The notes under the pieces: generated by a model
Databases searched by the model: none
Told to the model about the DNA's origin: nothing
What the model saw: the letters and a program-made list of their open reading frames with translations, nothing else
Virus record (IMG/VR): IMGVR_UViG_3300044835_000040
Span: 1 to 64,000 of that record
DNA from: a virus
Direction: 5' to 3' (one strand)
Length of the DNA: 64,000 nt
Translations under genes and position numbers: made by a program
Part shown: piece by piece, positions 10,110 to 20,124 of the stretch
Layout of the letters: every line of letters starts with the position of its first letter
Position numbering within the stretch: position 1 is the stretch's first letter

Positions 10110-10744
10110 GCGCGCGCAAACCTCTGTGCGACTTCTGCGACTCCCCGGCTGTGCGCTGGGCGCACCCGGTCGACGAGAGCAACCCGCATGGCAGCTACGC
10201 GGCGTGTGATGCGTGCTCGTCACGGATCGAGCAGGACGCGAAAGCGCAGCTGCTCAGGCGCGTGGCCCGCAAGACGGTCCGGCAGGGGCAGGCGCCGTCG
10301 ATCGCGCAGGCTGAAGCGCTGTACGCGCCGGGGCTGGAAACCTTCTGGCGGTCACGCCGTGGTGATCGCGTGCCGGTGAAGCCGGACGATCCGATCGACC
10401 CGGCGCGCGAGGACACGTTCGGCAGGATGCTCCGCGAGAGCCATCGTGGGATGGAGCTGGAGATCCACAAGGACGACGGCGATCTGCAGACCACGATCAG
10501 CGCGGAGTCCGCGGGCACGATCGGCGAGTACGCGACCGCGTGGGCGATGTCGCGCGTGAAGCGCAAGTACGATCAGACGGGCGAGATGCCGCAGCGGGTG
10601 AAGGTGCGGATCGAAGTGGAGCTGGACGGGCGGCCCGGCTCGTCGCAGCTGGGCGCGACTGGGCATGGTCCTCCGGGGCCTGCGCGGTTCGTGATCGATG
10701 GGCAGACTCGGGTGAACACGAATCAGGAGGTGCGAGATGGATGA
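10106..10744 (+). CDS. Hypothetical Zn-binding protein
   Basis: CDFC...CDAC motifs; GTGA coupling. Confidence 0.55.
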   Translation: MSARKPLCDFCDSPAVRWAHPVDESNPHGSYAACDACSSRIEQDAKAQLLRRVARKTVRQGQAPSIAQAEALYAPGLETFWRSRRGDRVPVKPDDPIDPAREDTFGRMLRESHRGMELEIHKDDGDLQTTISAESAGTIGEYATAWAMSRVKRKYDQTGEMPQRVKVRIEVELDGRPGSSQLGATGHGPPGPARFVIDGQTRVNTNQEVRDG

Positions 10745-11000
10745 GCCGGTTGACGGGCACACTCGGCGGTCGCTGGTACGCGGCCCCTATGGCACGAACG
10801 AGAACGACACGTGGCTCGGCCCTGACTGGATGCAGGAGAAACTGGACGAGGAAGGCAACGGGGTGGTCGTGTGCTGCGCGATGATCGAAAAGGAAGGTCG
10901 GGTGCAGGAGTGCATCTACACGACGGCCAACCCGGAGATGATCCGGGAAGCTCGCGAGGGCCACGAGAAGTACGTGGCCGAGCTGGCGGCCAGGAACTGA
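10737..11000 (+). CDS. Hypothetical protein
   Basis: AGGAGGTGCGAGATG start motif. Confidence 0.65.
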   Translation: MDEPVDGHTRRSLVRGPYGTNENDTWLGPDWMQEKLDEEGNGVVVCCAMIEKEGRVQECIYTTANPEMIREAREGHEKYVAELAARN

Positions 11001-11001
11001 G

Positions 11002-11940
11002 ATGGAGAGCGCTGAGCTGCAGATCGACTGGGAGCCGACGGCGACCACGATCCTGCGCGAGGTTGACGGCTGGCGGCTGGTCGACTCTCCTCCGCTGGAC
11101 CGGTGGGCGATCTCGGAGGGGCACGACCTGTTCGGCGAGATCGAAGCGGAAATCCGTGCGCGCGCGGAGCGTGAGGCCAAGGGCGAGGGTGGCTGGATCC
11201 ACGACTGGCTGATGTCGATGGTGCCGACGAGCGACGGTGTGCCGATCGACTACGAGGACACTCGTGCGCTGGTCTCGCCCGATGGCGCGCAGTGGCGCTG
11301 CTGGCGGGAGCGTCCGGGGGATGACTCTCCGGGCTGGATGGACGAGACGCACTGGGACCGCGAGAACGTCGATGAGACGATCGGCGCGCAGGCCCTGCAC
11401 GAGCGGGTGCCGGAGGGGCTGCGTGGGTTCGTGGTGGTGCAGACGCGCGCCGCGACGATGCGCGGGATGTACGACCTGCCGTCCGCGAACGGGGTCGAGC
11501 GTGCGCTGTCGCTGTGGCCGCAGGGGAGCACCCTGTGGGGCAGCCCGTTCAATCGCGTGATCGAGATCGGGCTAGCGTTGGACTGGCTGCGCGGCGAGCC
11601 GTACCTGCGGCGGCCGTTCGTGCCGGGCACGTTCCGTCGTGAGGGGCCGGAGGTGCACTTCTGTGGTGAGCGTCCGAGCGTGCTTCTGCCGGAGGATAGG
11701 GACAGCGACTGGTGGAACTTTACGCTTGGCCCGCTCCCGTTCGCGTGCGGGGGCCGCCTGTCATGGTTCGAGTCGCATGTGACGATCGGCGAGGACTCGA
11801 ACGGCCGTGAGACGCGGCGGGTGAAGCATGGCTGGCGCTGCGACTGGTGTGAGCGTGTGAGCTACGGTCCGCAGCCGGACGAGCTGGACGGCAACTACAG
11901 CCACGGCAGCTGCGCTCCGGCGCGGCGAGAGGAGGCGTAA
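11002..11940 (+). CDS. Hypothetical protein
   Basis: 312-aa ORF in line with the operon. Confidence 0.6.
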   Translation: MESAELQIDWEPTATTILREVDGWRLVDSPPLDRWAISEGHDLFGEIEAEIRARAEREAKGEGGWIHDWLMSMVPTSDGVPIDYEDTRALVSPDGAQWRCWRERPGDDSPGWMDETHWDRENVDETIGAQALHERVPEGLRGFVVVQTRAATMRGMYDLPSANGVERALSLWPQGSTLWGSPFNRVIEIGLALDWLRGEPYLRRPFVPGTFRREGPEVHFCGERPSVLLPEDRDSDWWNFTLGPLPFACGGRLSWFESHVTIGEDSNGRETRRVKHGWRCDWCERVSYGPQPDELDGNYSHGSCAPARREEA

Positions 11941-12303
11941 ATGGAGTACGAGAGGCTGTTCACGATGCAGGATGTGCACGCGCTGGTGCTGGTCGCTGGG
12001 ATCCGCGGCTGGAAAGCTGGCGACAGCAAGCAGGGCACGGGCAAGCAGGGCACGGGCGAGGCGCTGGTCGAGGAGTTCGACGCGAAGGCAGCGGAAGGTG
12101 ACGAGGCGCACCGGCTGACGTTCCCGCCGGACGAGCCGCTGTTCCTCCTGCGCGGGCAGGACCTGTGCGCAGTCGACACCATCCACCGCTACGGTGAGAT
12201 CGCGATGAACTACGGCGCCACCGAGCGGCATCTGCGGGGCGTCGCTGCTGCTGAGGACCGGTTCCGGGAGTGGCCTGCCGGGAAGACGAAGGTGCCGAAC
12301 TGA
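11941..12303 (+). CDS. Conserved phage hypothetical protein
   Basis: DEPLFLLRGQD motif; GGAGG RBS. Confidence 0.65.
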   Translation: MEYERLFTMQDVHALVLVAGIRGWKAGDSKQGTGKQGTGEALVEEFDAKAAEGDEAHRLTFPPDEPLFLLRGQDLCAVDTIHRYGEIAMNYGATERHLRGVAAAEDRFREWPAGKTKVPN

Positions 12304-12719
12304 TGGAGCACCTGTTCGACTTCAACGGCTGGAAGGTCTACCTGGACCGGGACGGCGAGCCGCTGATCCGCGCGGTCGGCATCGGCAAGAACAAGAGCCG
12401 GGAGATGATCGCCAGCCGGGTGCACCTCGGCCCTGTGCACGCGCCTGTCGAAGTGGAGGCGCTGCCCGCTGGCTCGTCGATACCGATCGCGGTCTACGGG
12501 CACGACGGCATGTTCTTCTTCAGTGGCAGGGCGTACCTCGCGCTGAATGCGGAGACCGCTCGGCTGTACGCGAGCATCCCTCCTGTGCTCGCCGCGGAGC
12601 CGGAGGCCGCGGAAGTGCTCGACGCGATCGACTTCGCCGTCGCTGACGATCGGCTTGCCGCGAAGGTGCGCGGCACGATCGAGGCGGTTGTCCGGGCGAG
12701 GAAGGCACGCGACGGCTAG
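12303..12719 (+). CDS. Hypothetical protein
   Basis: TGATG coupling. Confidence 0.55.
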   Translation: MEHLFDFNGWKVYLDRDGEPLIRAVGIGKNKSREMIASRVHLGPVHAPVEVEALPAGSSIPIAVYGHDGMFFFSGRAYLALNAETARLYASIPPVLAAEPEAAEVLDAIDFAVADDRLAAKVRGTIEAVVRARKARDG

Positions 12720-12744
12720 AGTGGATTCTCCACAGCTGGGAACC

Positions 12745-12780
12745 GAGCGGCCTGCCACGGATGGCGGGCCGTTCGTCTGT
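12745..12780 (+). terminator. Stem-loop, probable intrinsic terminator
   Basis: GAGCGGCCTGCCA-CGGA-TGGCGGGCCGTTC 13-bp stem (two G-U pairs), intergenic. Confidence 0.5.
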
Positions 12781-12825
12781 CCGGGGCGAGTGGCACTCTG
12801 CGGCGAAACGGCGACTGGAGGGTGC

Positions 12826-13212
12826 ATGGCGGCGGCGGGACACGCAGAGACGATCGGCGACACGGGGATCCCAGACCTGGGAGCGCTTCGCTCCGGCAAG
12901 AGTGGTGAGGGCGAGGCGCCACCGCCTGAGCTGCCGCGGATTCCTGGACGGGCGTTCTACGCGAACGACTTCCAGCCGTCGTACGACCCCGGCGGGACGG
13001 TCACGATCGAGTTCTTCTTCAAGACCGAGCGCGGTCAGCACGACCCGGTGACGGTCTCGCTGCCGATGCCGGTGTTCGTCGAGCTGTGCGGTGTCGGGGA
13101 TCAGATCAAGGCGCACGTCGACGCGACGGTCGCCGAGATGCGCAGGCGGCTGGGGCAGCAGGGTGGTCCCCCCGCGAGCATGGATGCCGCGAAGGCGGCG
13201 AGGGATCGATGA
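12826..13212 (+). CDS. Hypothetical protein (DUF3467-like)
   Basis: FYANDF...TIEF...VSLPMPVF pattern; GGAGG RBS. Confidence 0.5.
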   Translation: MAAAGHAETIGDTGIPDLGALRSGKSGEGEAPPPELPRIPGRAFYANDFQPSYDPGGTVTIEFFFKTERGQHDPVTVSLPMPVFVELCGVGDQIKAHVDATVAEMRRRLGQQGGPPASMDAAKAARDR

Positions 13213-13733
13213 GCGGGATCGCTGAGGGCCACGGTCTGCCGCCCGCGCCCGGCTCGGGCGTCAACCCTGACCCGCCGCCGCACCGTTCGGCTGAGCGCAC
13301 AGTCGCGGTGCCGTTGATCTACATCGCGGACGCGAAGGACGCGCTGCACGCGGCGCTGATCCTGTCGACGAGCCTCGACGCGCAGGCAGCCGCGCAGGCA
13401 GGCGCGAGGGCGCCTACGCCGTCGGCGCTGTCGCAGCAGCTCGATAAGGCGCTTCGCGGGCTGAACGCTGCGTCTGGTGGCGTGGCGCCGCCGGAGCGCT
13501 CCGACCTGCATCTCTACACCGCTGAGCAGCTGACACCGGAGTTCGTCCGGGATCTGATGCTGGAGCGCGGGTGGGTCTCGGGCGAGCTGCATGTCGGCTC
13601 GTCGCAGGTGGAGACGATGGCGCGCAGGGTCCTTCACTCTGGGCTGGAGGGCACCACCTCGATCCGGCTGGTCCCCGCGGGCGCGCACGGGCGTGTGCAG
13701 ACCCCGGACGGCTGGACTCTCACCAGCGGCTGA
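13209..13733 (+). CDS. Hypothetical protein
   Basis: ATGA coupling. Confidence 0.5.
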   Translation: MSGIAEGHGLPPAPGSGVNPDPPPHRSAERTVAVPLIYIADAKDALHAALILSTSLDAQAAAQAGARAPTPSALSQQLDKALRGLNAASGGVAPPERSDLHLYTAEQLTPEFVRDLMLERGWVSGELHVGSSQVETMARRVLHSGLEGTTSIRLVPAGAHGRVQTPDGWTLTSG

Positions 13734-14019
13734 TGGCGCGGCCGAGCACGTCGCAGATGGCGTGCATCGAAAAGGTCCGCCGGGTGCTCGCCGCGACCGG
13801 CCAGGACTTCGAGATCGAGGTGGAAGGTGCCTCTGGCCGAGTGATCACGGGCCGTGTGGTTGGAGTAGCGAATACTCATAAACCGATGCTCGGTGAACGC
13901 GAGGGTGGGAGTAACCTGATCGTGAGGTTCGCCGACGGCACGGAGGTCCCGGTGGAACGCATCAAGGAGATCCGCGGCCCGGCGTAGACTCGCCCGGCTA
14001 ACTACTACCGGGAGGGCTG

Positions 14020-14850
14020 ATGCCTCACACGATCGAGATTCCAGGCCACGGCAAGCGCGGGATGGGCTGGCATCCTTCCCCGCCGGATCACCGTGATCAT
14101 CAAGCTGACGCGTCGGGGATCAAGGTCCTGACGCTCGTCGATCCGCGCGCCGAGATGCCGTCGATCTACGACCAGCTGCAGATCGGCTCGTGCACCGCGC
14201 ACGCCGACAAGCGCGTGATCGAATACGACCGCGTGGTCAGGGGCGAGGAACTGCTGGACATCGCCCGCAACGCGCTCTACACGCAGGAGCGTGTGCTGGA
14301 GGGTCAGGACCCGCACAGCGACACGGGCGCGTACGGCCGGGACGGCTTCAAGGCCAACAAACAGTTCGGCACGCCGACCGAAAAGGAATTCGGCGGCTAC
14401 ACCGACGACACCTCCGACCCGCGGTTCTTCACCGACCCGGAGCACGACTCGAAGCTCGACCCGTCGAAGTTCGTGAAGCTCAAGTCGCCGTACAAGGTCG
14501 TGCCGCAGACGGAAGACCAGATGAAGGCGGTGCTGTCGAACAAGCAGATGGTCTCGCTCGGCGCTTCGCTCTACGAATCGTTCGAGAGCAGCGAGGTCGC
14601 GAACACCGGCATCGTGCCGGTGCCGGGCCGTGACGAGCAGATCATCGGCGGCCACCAGTTCGTCGTGATCGGCTACCTGCCCGACATGCTCCCGTACGCG
14701 CTGTGCGCGAACAGCTGGGGGTCGCTGAAGACCGACGGCACGAAATGGGGAGTCGACGGCGAAGGCTGCTTCTTCATGCCGTGGACCTACCTGACCAACC
14801 CGCGGCTCGTGTCGGACATCCGCACGATCCCGCACTCGGTCAAAGCATGA
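14020..14850 (+). CDS. Papain-like C1-family cysteine peptidase
   Basis: DQLQIGSCTAH (Gln/Cys), GGH (His), NSWG..WG..G (Asn). Confidence 0.9.
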   Translation: MPHTIEIPGHGKRGMGWHPSPPDHRDHQADASGIKVLTLVDPRAEMPSIYDQLQIGSCTAHADKRVIEYDRVVRGEELLDIARNALYTQERVLEGQDPHSDTGAYGRDGFKANKQFGTPTEKEFGGYTDDTSDPRFFTDPEHDSKLDPSKFVKLKSPYKVVPQTEDQMKAVLSNKQMVSLGASLYESFESSEVANTGIVPVPGRDEQIIGGHQFVVIGYLPDMLPYALCANSWGSLKTDGTKWGVDGEGCFFMPWTYLTNPRLVSDIRTIPHSVKA

Positions 14851-15893
14851 GGGTCGGGATCGAGCGCAGGACCGCCGCGCAGGTCCTGTCGCACGCCGAG
14901 GAATCGAAGGTCGCGGTGCAGGCGTTGCCGCCGCGGCCTTCGGGCTCGCTGGTCCGCGCGGGCGTCGATCTGGGGATCCCGGCCGCCAAGAACGGCGAAC
15001 GGGTCTTCCACCTGATCGGCGACTCGGGCGGCATCGGCGACCCGAACCCGCAGAAGGCGGTCGTCGCAGCGATGGTGGCGGATCTGCAGGCTCACCCGGA
15101 CGTGGCGTTCGCGTGGCACGTAGGCGACATCATCTACTACGAAGGGCTGCAGAAGGAAGCGGTGCCGCAGCTGTTCGAGCCGTACGCCGAATACCTGCGG
15201 ACGCTGCTCGGCAACCCCGGCAACCACGACGGTGAGGGCGGCGATCAGCTCGCGTCGTTTATGCGCTATTTCTGCTCTCCGACGGCTCAGCTGCTGCCGG
15301 AGGTCGAGGAGTATCACCGCGACACGGTGACGCAGCCGTACTGCTACTGGACCCTCGCCGACGAAGTGATGACGGTGATCGCGCTGTACACGAATGTCCC
15401 GTCGGGCGGCAGTGTCGAGGCGGAGCAGGTGGCGTGGCTGGAGCAGGAACTGGCGGCGGCGCCGAAGGGCAAGCCGCTGATCGTGTCGCTGCATCACCCG
15501 CCGCTGTCAGCGGATGGTCATCACGGCGGCTCGCTGAAGATGCTGAACATGCTCGACGCTGCGTCTGCGAAGGTCGGCCGTTGGCCGGACCTGATCGTCA
15601 GCGGCCACGTCCACAACTTCCAGCGCTTCACGCGCAAGGTTGCCGGTGGACGTGAGGTCCCGTACATCGTCTGCGGCGCGTCGGGCTACCACAACCGGCA
15701 CGCGATGGCGTCCGGTGCGGTAGTCGGGCAGCAGATCGTGCCGGGCGTGACGCTGGAGGCGTTCAACGCTGGGGCGTGGGGGTTCCTGCGTCTCGCGGTG
15801 ACGGCCAACGCGATCAAGGGCGAGTACGTGGCGGTGAAGCCGGGGCAGCCTTCGGCGGTGACCGACTCGTTTACTTTGCCCGTAGGTGTCTGA
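14847..15893 (+). CDS. Calcineurin-like metallophosphoesterase (purple acid phosphatase-like)
   Basis: GDSG, GDIIY, GNHD, HHP and GHVH motifs. Confidence 0.9.
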   Translation: MRVGIERRTAAQVLSHAEESKVAVQALPPRPSGSLVRAGVDLGIPAAKNGERVFHLIGDSGGIGDPNPQKAVVAAMVADLQAHPDVAFAWHVGDIIYYEGLQKEAVPQLFEPYAEYLRTLLGNPGNHDGEGGDQLASFMRYFCSPTAQLLPEVEEYHRDTVTQPYCYWTLADEVMTVIALYTNVPSGGSVEAEQVAWLEQELAAAPKGKPLIVSLHHPPLSADGHHGGSLKMLNMLDAASAKVGRWPDLIVSGHVHNFQRFTRKVAGGREVPYIVCGASGYHNRHAMASGAVVGQQIVPGVTLEAFNAGAWGFLRLAVTANAIKGEYVAVKPGQPSAVTDSFTLPVGV

Positions 15894-15910
15894 GGTAGGC
15901 TGCTCGGGCT

Positions 15911-16300
15911 ATGGCAATTGAGCACAAAGAGGAGCACTTCTCACCGGGCGAGCGCGCGATCCTTCGGGAGCTGCGCGCTCTGCACAGGCTCATAACACAG
16001 GAGGATCGCGAGATGGATGCAGCCGGAACGGCACTGCAGGAAAAGATCGACGGGCTGGCGGCCGACGTGAAGGCCGACAACGAAGCCGTCGTCAAAGGCG
16101 GCGAAGCCGTCGCCAGCGCGGCGACGAAATTCGCCGAACTGAAGGCCCTCCTCGAAAAACAGGCCACGTCGGCTCTGTCGGACGAAGAGGCCCAGACGCT
16201 CTCCACGCTCACGGACGAAGTGGACGGGTCGCTCAAATCGGGCACGACCGAACTGGACGCGCACGTCACGCAGCTCGGCGAAGCAACCGCCAGCGCCTGA
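15911..16300 (+). CDS. Coiled-coil hypothetical protein
   Basis: Heptad-like Ala/Glu/Lys pattern; TAGGCT upstream; terminator downstream. Confidence 0.6.
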   Translation: MAIEHKEEHFSPGERAILRELRALHRLITQEDREMDAAGTALQEKIDGLAADVKADNEAVVKGGEAVASAATKFAELKALLEKQATSALSDEEAQTLSTLTDEVDGSLKSGTTELDAHVTQLGEATASA

Positions 16301-16320
16301 CGCAGCCTTCTGGGGGTTGG

Positions 16321-16349
16321 AGCGGCCGTCCTTCGGGGCGGCCGTTTCT
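16321..16349 (+). terminator. Intrinsic terminator
   Basis: AGCGGCCGTCC-TTCG-GGGCGGCCGTT followed by TCT. Confidence 0.7.
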
Positions 16350-16972
16350 GCTTCCGGGGTAGACTCGACGCATGGCCGTGGAGCGCAATCTCGTGATCGA
16401 CTACACGATGAGCGACGCCGAGTTGACGGCGTTCCGCAAGCGGCTGTTGCACTGGATGCTCCGGCGCCAGCTGACACGGCTGCTGCTGACACGGCTGGTG
16501 GACTGAGTGCCGGTCACGCACTACGTGGTGGAAGTGAAAGAGCGCACGCGTCCGACGCGCTGGTTCGGTGAGGCGGCGGGCGCGGGCTGGACGGACCGGG
16601 AGAGCGCGGTCGCGGGCGCGGAGGCGTTGCACGCGAACCCGATCAAGGGCTACTCGGAGGCGTGCAAGACGGTCATCGTGCCGATCGCGGAAGGCGAATC
16701 CTTCGGGCACACGATCTTGGCGCTGGGCGAGTGATGCACGCGCCCGCGGCCGAACGCATGTATTGGCAGCAGCGCCGTCCGAGGCTGCCTCGGCTGTTCC
16801 AGCGCGCGATGTATCACCCGCCGGGCCTGCGCGGGTACGTGACGACGCGCTGCGTCTCGAAGTACACCGACGCCGAGAACGCACGGTGGCGCGAGGAGTT
16901 CGCCGCAGCTACACTCCCCGCAATGTTCCCGCGAGTCCGAAAACCGCCCCGCAGCATCGCGGCTTCGCACTC

Positions 16973-17047
16973 GCGGGCATAGCATAAACAGGCCAATGCC
17001 TCCGACTTTTAATCGGATCGATGGGAGTTCGAGTCTCCTCGCCCGCA
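16973..17047 (+). tRNA. tRNA-Lys (anticodon UUU), no encoded CCA
   Basis: Acceptor GCGGGCA/CGCCCGC (one mismatch), D arm GCAT/ATGC, anticodon arm TCCGA-CTTTTAA-TCGGA, T arm GGGAG-TTCGAGT-CTCCT. Confidence 0.88.
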
Positions 17048-17051
17048 TCAA

Positions 17052-17180
17052 ATGAGCACCGTGGTGCCCTCGCGCGCGACGTTCTCGCGGCCCTGTGTGA
17101 CGATGTGCGACCTGCTCTGCGCCAACTGCCACGCGGAGGTCGAGGCTGCACGCCTTGATTCCGTCGGCTGGCCTGTGTAG
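17052..17180 (+). pseudogene. HNH endonuclease C-terminal remnant
   Basis: 42-aa ORF containing CDLLCANCHAEVE, with no N-terminal half. Confidence 0.55.
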
Positions 17181-17341
17181 GCTCGTCGAGCCGATGATCA
17201 GCAGACTCTCATTGACCCTGAACGGGAAGCCGTGGACGCCAGAAGCAGCGAAGGCTGCCTCGGTGCACGTGCGCGTCAGGATCAGCGGCTTCGGTCACGA
17301 CGAGCCGCAGGCGACCGGGACCTAGACCAGGGAGACATCTG

Positions 17342-18577
17342 ATGACTCCCTCGGCTATCAAGGTCGCGGGAGGTCAGAAGGTGTGGACTCCCTCGGCTGT
17401 AGAGCAGGCGCTTCGCGACTACACGGAGCTGTATGGCCCTGAGTGGACTGCGGCCGCGTTCTCGACTTCTTCGGCGAAGTGGGCCGACCGTCAGGATCTC
17501 GTCGACCGCTACTACAAGGGCAACTCGCTCCGCGGTGGGACCGCGTGGCCGTCGCTGAACACGATCAAGAAAATCTACGGCTCGATCACCGGGGCGCGTG
17601 CGGCGCTGGGCCTGCCCGCGAACCGGCCGGGTCCGTCGAAGCGTCGTGCTGCGGGTGCGCACGCGCCGATCCGTGACGTGCGCGAGCGCGTGCACACGGT
17701 CGTGGTCGAGCGTCACGCTGACAACCGGCTGAGCGTGGAGCAGGTCGCTCGCGCGCAGGCGCAGACGACGAAGGTCAAGGTCGAGCGTGTGGTCGTGGCT
17801 GCCCCGACGGACAAGCGGCTGCTGCGTCAGGCCGAGCGCGCCGAAGGCAGGCTGGCGAAGACCGTGGAATCCCTGCGAGAGGCGCGTGGGAAGCTCCGTG
17901 ACGCCAAGAGCCGTGCTGAGGCTGCCACCCGTACCGTCAAGCAGCTCCAGGGCCGCCTGAGCGTCGCTGAGAGCGCGGCCGCTGCGCTGCGCTCGGCGCT
18001 CGACGACGCCGAAGCTGCCCGTTCGCGTGACGGGGACGCGCTCGCGATGAAGCTGATGGCTGAGATCAACGGCCGGGCGGTGGATGCGTCCGCTGCGCAG
18101 GAGCGCGAGGGCGAGCTTCTGGCTGCGCTGGTCGACGCCGACGCTCGGGTCTCGGAGCTGGAGGCCGTCGTCGAGCTGGTCGACCGTGACGAGCTGAAGC
18201 GTGCCGCTACCGAAGTCGAGCAGGCTCGTGGCAAGGTCGCGGAGGCGACTGCCGCGAAGACCGACGCTGAGCGCGTCGCGGCGACGGCTGCCCGTGAGCG
18301 CCGTGCTGCGGTCGCGCGCGCGGAGGCCGCGGAGCGCAAGGCCGCGTCGGAGACGGCGCAGCGCGCGAAGCTGCAGGAGGTGCTGGTCGGGCACGCTCGC
18401 CCGCTGACCCCTGCGCAGGTCGAGGCGCTGCGGGAGAAGGGTCCGCAGGGTCCCGCGATCTTCGGTGACGCCGTGAAGGCGGTCGTGAAGGCTCAGAGCA
18501 AAGGCGAGCGTGCGCTGCTGCGCGACGCGCTGCGGCGTGCTGCCGCGGCCGCGATCGGCTGGGCGGATCGGCTTTGA
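17342..18577 (+). CDS. Protein with homing-endonuclease-associated (HNH-repeat-like) domain plus long coiled coil
   Basis: WT..AVEQALRDY...WPSLNTIKKIYGS..GARAALGL followed by an Ala/Arg/Glu-rich coil. Confidence 0.6.
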   Translation: MTPSAIKVAGGQKVWTPSAVEQALRDYTELYGPEWTAAAFSTSSAKWADRQDLVDRYYKGNSLRGGTAWPSLNTIKKIYGSITGARAALGLPANRPGPSKRRAAGAHAPIRDVRERVHTVVVERHADNRLSVEQVARAQAQTTKVKVERVVVAAPTDKRLLRQAERAEGRLAKTVESLREARGKLRDAKSRAEAATRTVKQLQGRLSVAESAAAALRSALDDAEAARSRDGDALAMKLMAEINGRAVDASAAQEREGELLAALVDADARVSELEAVVELVDRDELKRAATEVEQARGKVAEATAAKTDAERVAATAARERRAAVARAEAAERKAASETAQRAKLQEVLVGHARPLTPAQVEALREKGPQGPAIFGDAVKAVVKAQSKGERALLRDALRRAAAAAIGWADRL

Positions 18578-18578
18578 G

Positions 18579-19214
18579 ATGTCGCTCCGCACCTGTCCGA
18601 CGCACGGCATAGTCACGTCGGTCCCTTGCCGGGAGTGCCTTGGCCGCGAGCAGGGCGTCCAGCGCGCGCGTGAGCGCGAAGACGAACGCCGGGATCTCGA
18701 CCGCCGCTACTCCCGCAAACGGGAGCGCGATGCTGTGCGCGAGCGGATGGCTGACAGCGAACAGCCGCTGCCGGGCTCGCTGCTGGAGGTGTGGCTGCAG
18801 GACCAGCCGGGGAACCCGTTCGGGGCGAACTTCCCGCTCGGCGCGCCGCTGCGCGAGGACGGCGAGTCGCACTCGAACGCGTGGAGGCGGATCCTGCGGT
18901 ACGACCCATGCAGCTACTGCGGCGCGCCGCTGTCGGGCACCGTCGACCACATCCAGCCGAAGTCGGAGGGCCGCTTCGACCGTGAGCGGTGGGTCAACCT
19001 GATCGGCGCGTGCGAACGCTGCAACCGGTCGAAGTCGTCGAAGCCGATGCTGTTCTACCTGCTCGACAGGCTGACGTTGGCCGTCCGCACGGAGCAGGTC
19101 CGGGAGGGCAAACCGGACCGGTCACGGCTCGAAGCTGAGGAGATCGCGAAGGCCAGGATCAACCGCATGAAGCGCAAGGTGCGGGAACGGGAACGCAGCT
19201 GGCGCGCTGCTTGA
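18579..19214 (+). CDS. HNH endonuclease
   Basis: CSYCG..TVDHIQPKSEG..NLIGACERCNRSK. Confidence 0.9.
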   Translation: MSLRTCPTHGIVTSVPCRECLGREQGVQRAREREDERRDLDRRYSRKRERDAVRERMADSEQPLPGSLLEVWLQDQPGNPFGANFPLGAPLREDGESHSNAWRRILRYDPCSYCGAPLSGTVDHIQPKSEGRFDRERWVNLIGACERCNRSKSSKPMLFYLLDRLTLAVRTEQVREGKPDRSRLEAEEIAKARINRMKRKVRERERSWRAA

Positions 19215-19272
19215 CAGCTGCGACCGATGGTCGCTATGATGGCTGTGCAACCGAGATGGAGGTGTCGAGATG
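19211..19272 (+). promoter_or_regulatory. Class-i header: TTGACA-N18-TATGAT with palindrome TGCGACCGATGGTCGCT (19219-19235)
   Basis: Read directly. Confidence 0.8.
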
Positions 19273-19461
19273 GGTTCACAGTTCATTCCCCGGAGTCGTG
19301 AGCAGGAGCAGATCGCGATGGAGCTGGCGGGCGAGTACGGCGAAGTCGAGGTGTCGATGAGCCGGACGGGCGACGCGATGCACATCAGCTGGGAGGACGG
19401 GAGCGCGATGTATGCCGAGGACGGCTCGTTCATCACGGGCGACAGGCTGGCGCCCGCGTGA
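19270..19461 (+). CDS. Small hypothetical protein
   Basis: First gene after a header. Confidence 0.6.
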   Translation: MGSQFIPRSREQEQIAMELAGEYGEVEVSMSRTGDAMHISWEDGSAMYAEDGSFITGDRLAPA

Positions 19462-19629
19462 GCCGCAGGGCGACGGTCCAGTGCGTCGTGTCGATCGAGG
19501 TCGATCTCTACGACGACGACGAATACGTAGACGCGAGGGACGAGCAGCAGGATGTGGAGCGCGAGGTGCGGGCCAAGCTGACGACGAGCGGCGCGGAACT
19601 GCACACGGTCGAGGGCTACGTGGTCGCCG

Positions 19630-20124
19630 ATGCCTGAGCGCCCGCTGTCTGATCTGCAGGAGGAGGTGCTGCTGGTGCTGCTGCAGCACGGCGAACTGAT
19701 CGGCAATCGGATCGGCGAGTCGTGCGGCTTCGCGCGAGGCGGCGTGAAGGCGAGCATCCCGAAGCACCGCACGGGCGGTGGCTGTATCCGCTCGATGGGC
19801 GCAGCGCAGCGCGTCATCGCGCCGCTGAACGGCCTGCGCAAACGCGGGCTTGTCGGCTACGGGATGAAGACGCGCTCCGGCACGCTGACGTTCAAGCTGA
19901 CGGTCGATGGGCGCGTGCAGGCGATCGCGCTTCAGCTGGGGCGCGAGATGGAACGGGCGGCGCTGGGGCCGCAGACCGAGGAGGAGATCGTCGAGACGGT
20001 CACGGCGGTGCTGACGCGTCTCGGCAAACGGGTGCATTGGGTCAGGGTCGAAGGCGACAAGATCCACGTGTCGGTGAGCGAGCCGCCCAACCCGGAGATC
20101 CACTTCACGGCGACCGTCGTATGA
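19630..20124 (+). CDS. Winged-helix-like DNA-binding protein
   Basis: LSDLQEEVLLVL...LRKRGLV...FKLTVDG. Confidence 0.55.
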   Translation: MPERPLSDLQEEVLLVLLQHGELIGNRIGESCGFARGGVKASIPKHRTGGGCIRSMGAAQRVIAPLNGLRKRGLVGYGMKTRSGTLTFKLTVDGRVQAIALQLGREMERAALGPQTEEEIVETVTAVLTRLGKRVHWVRVEGDKIHVSVSEPPNPEIHFTATVV

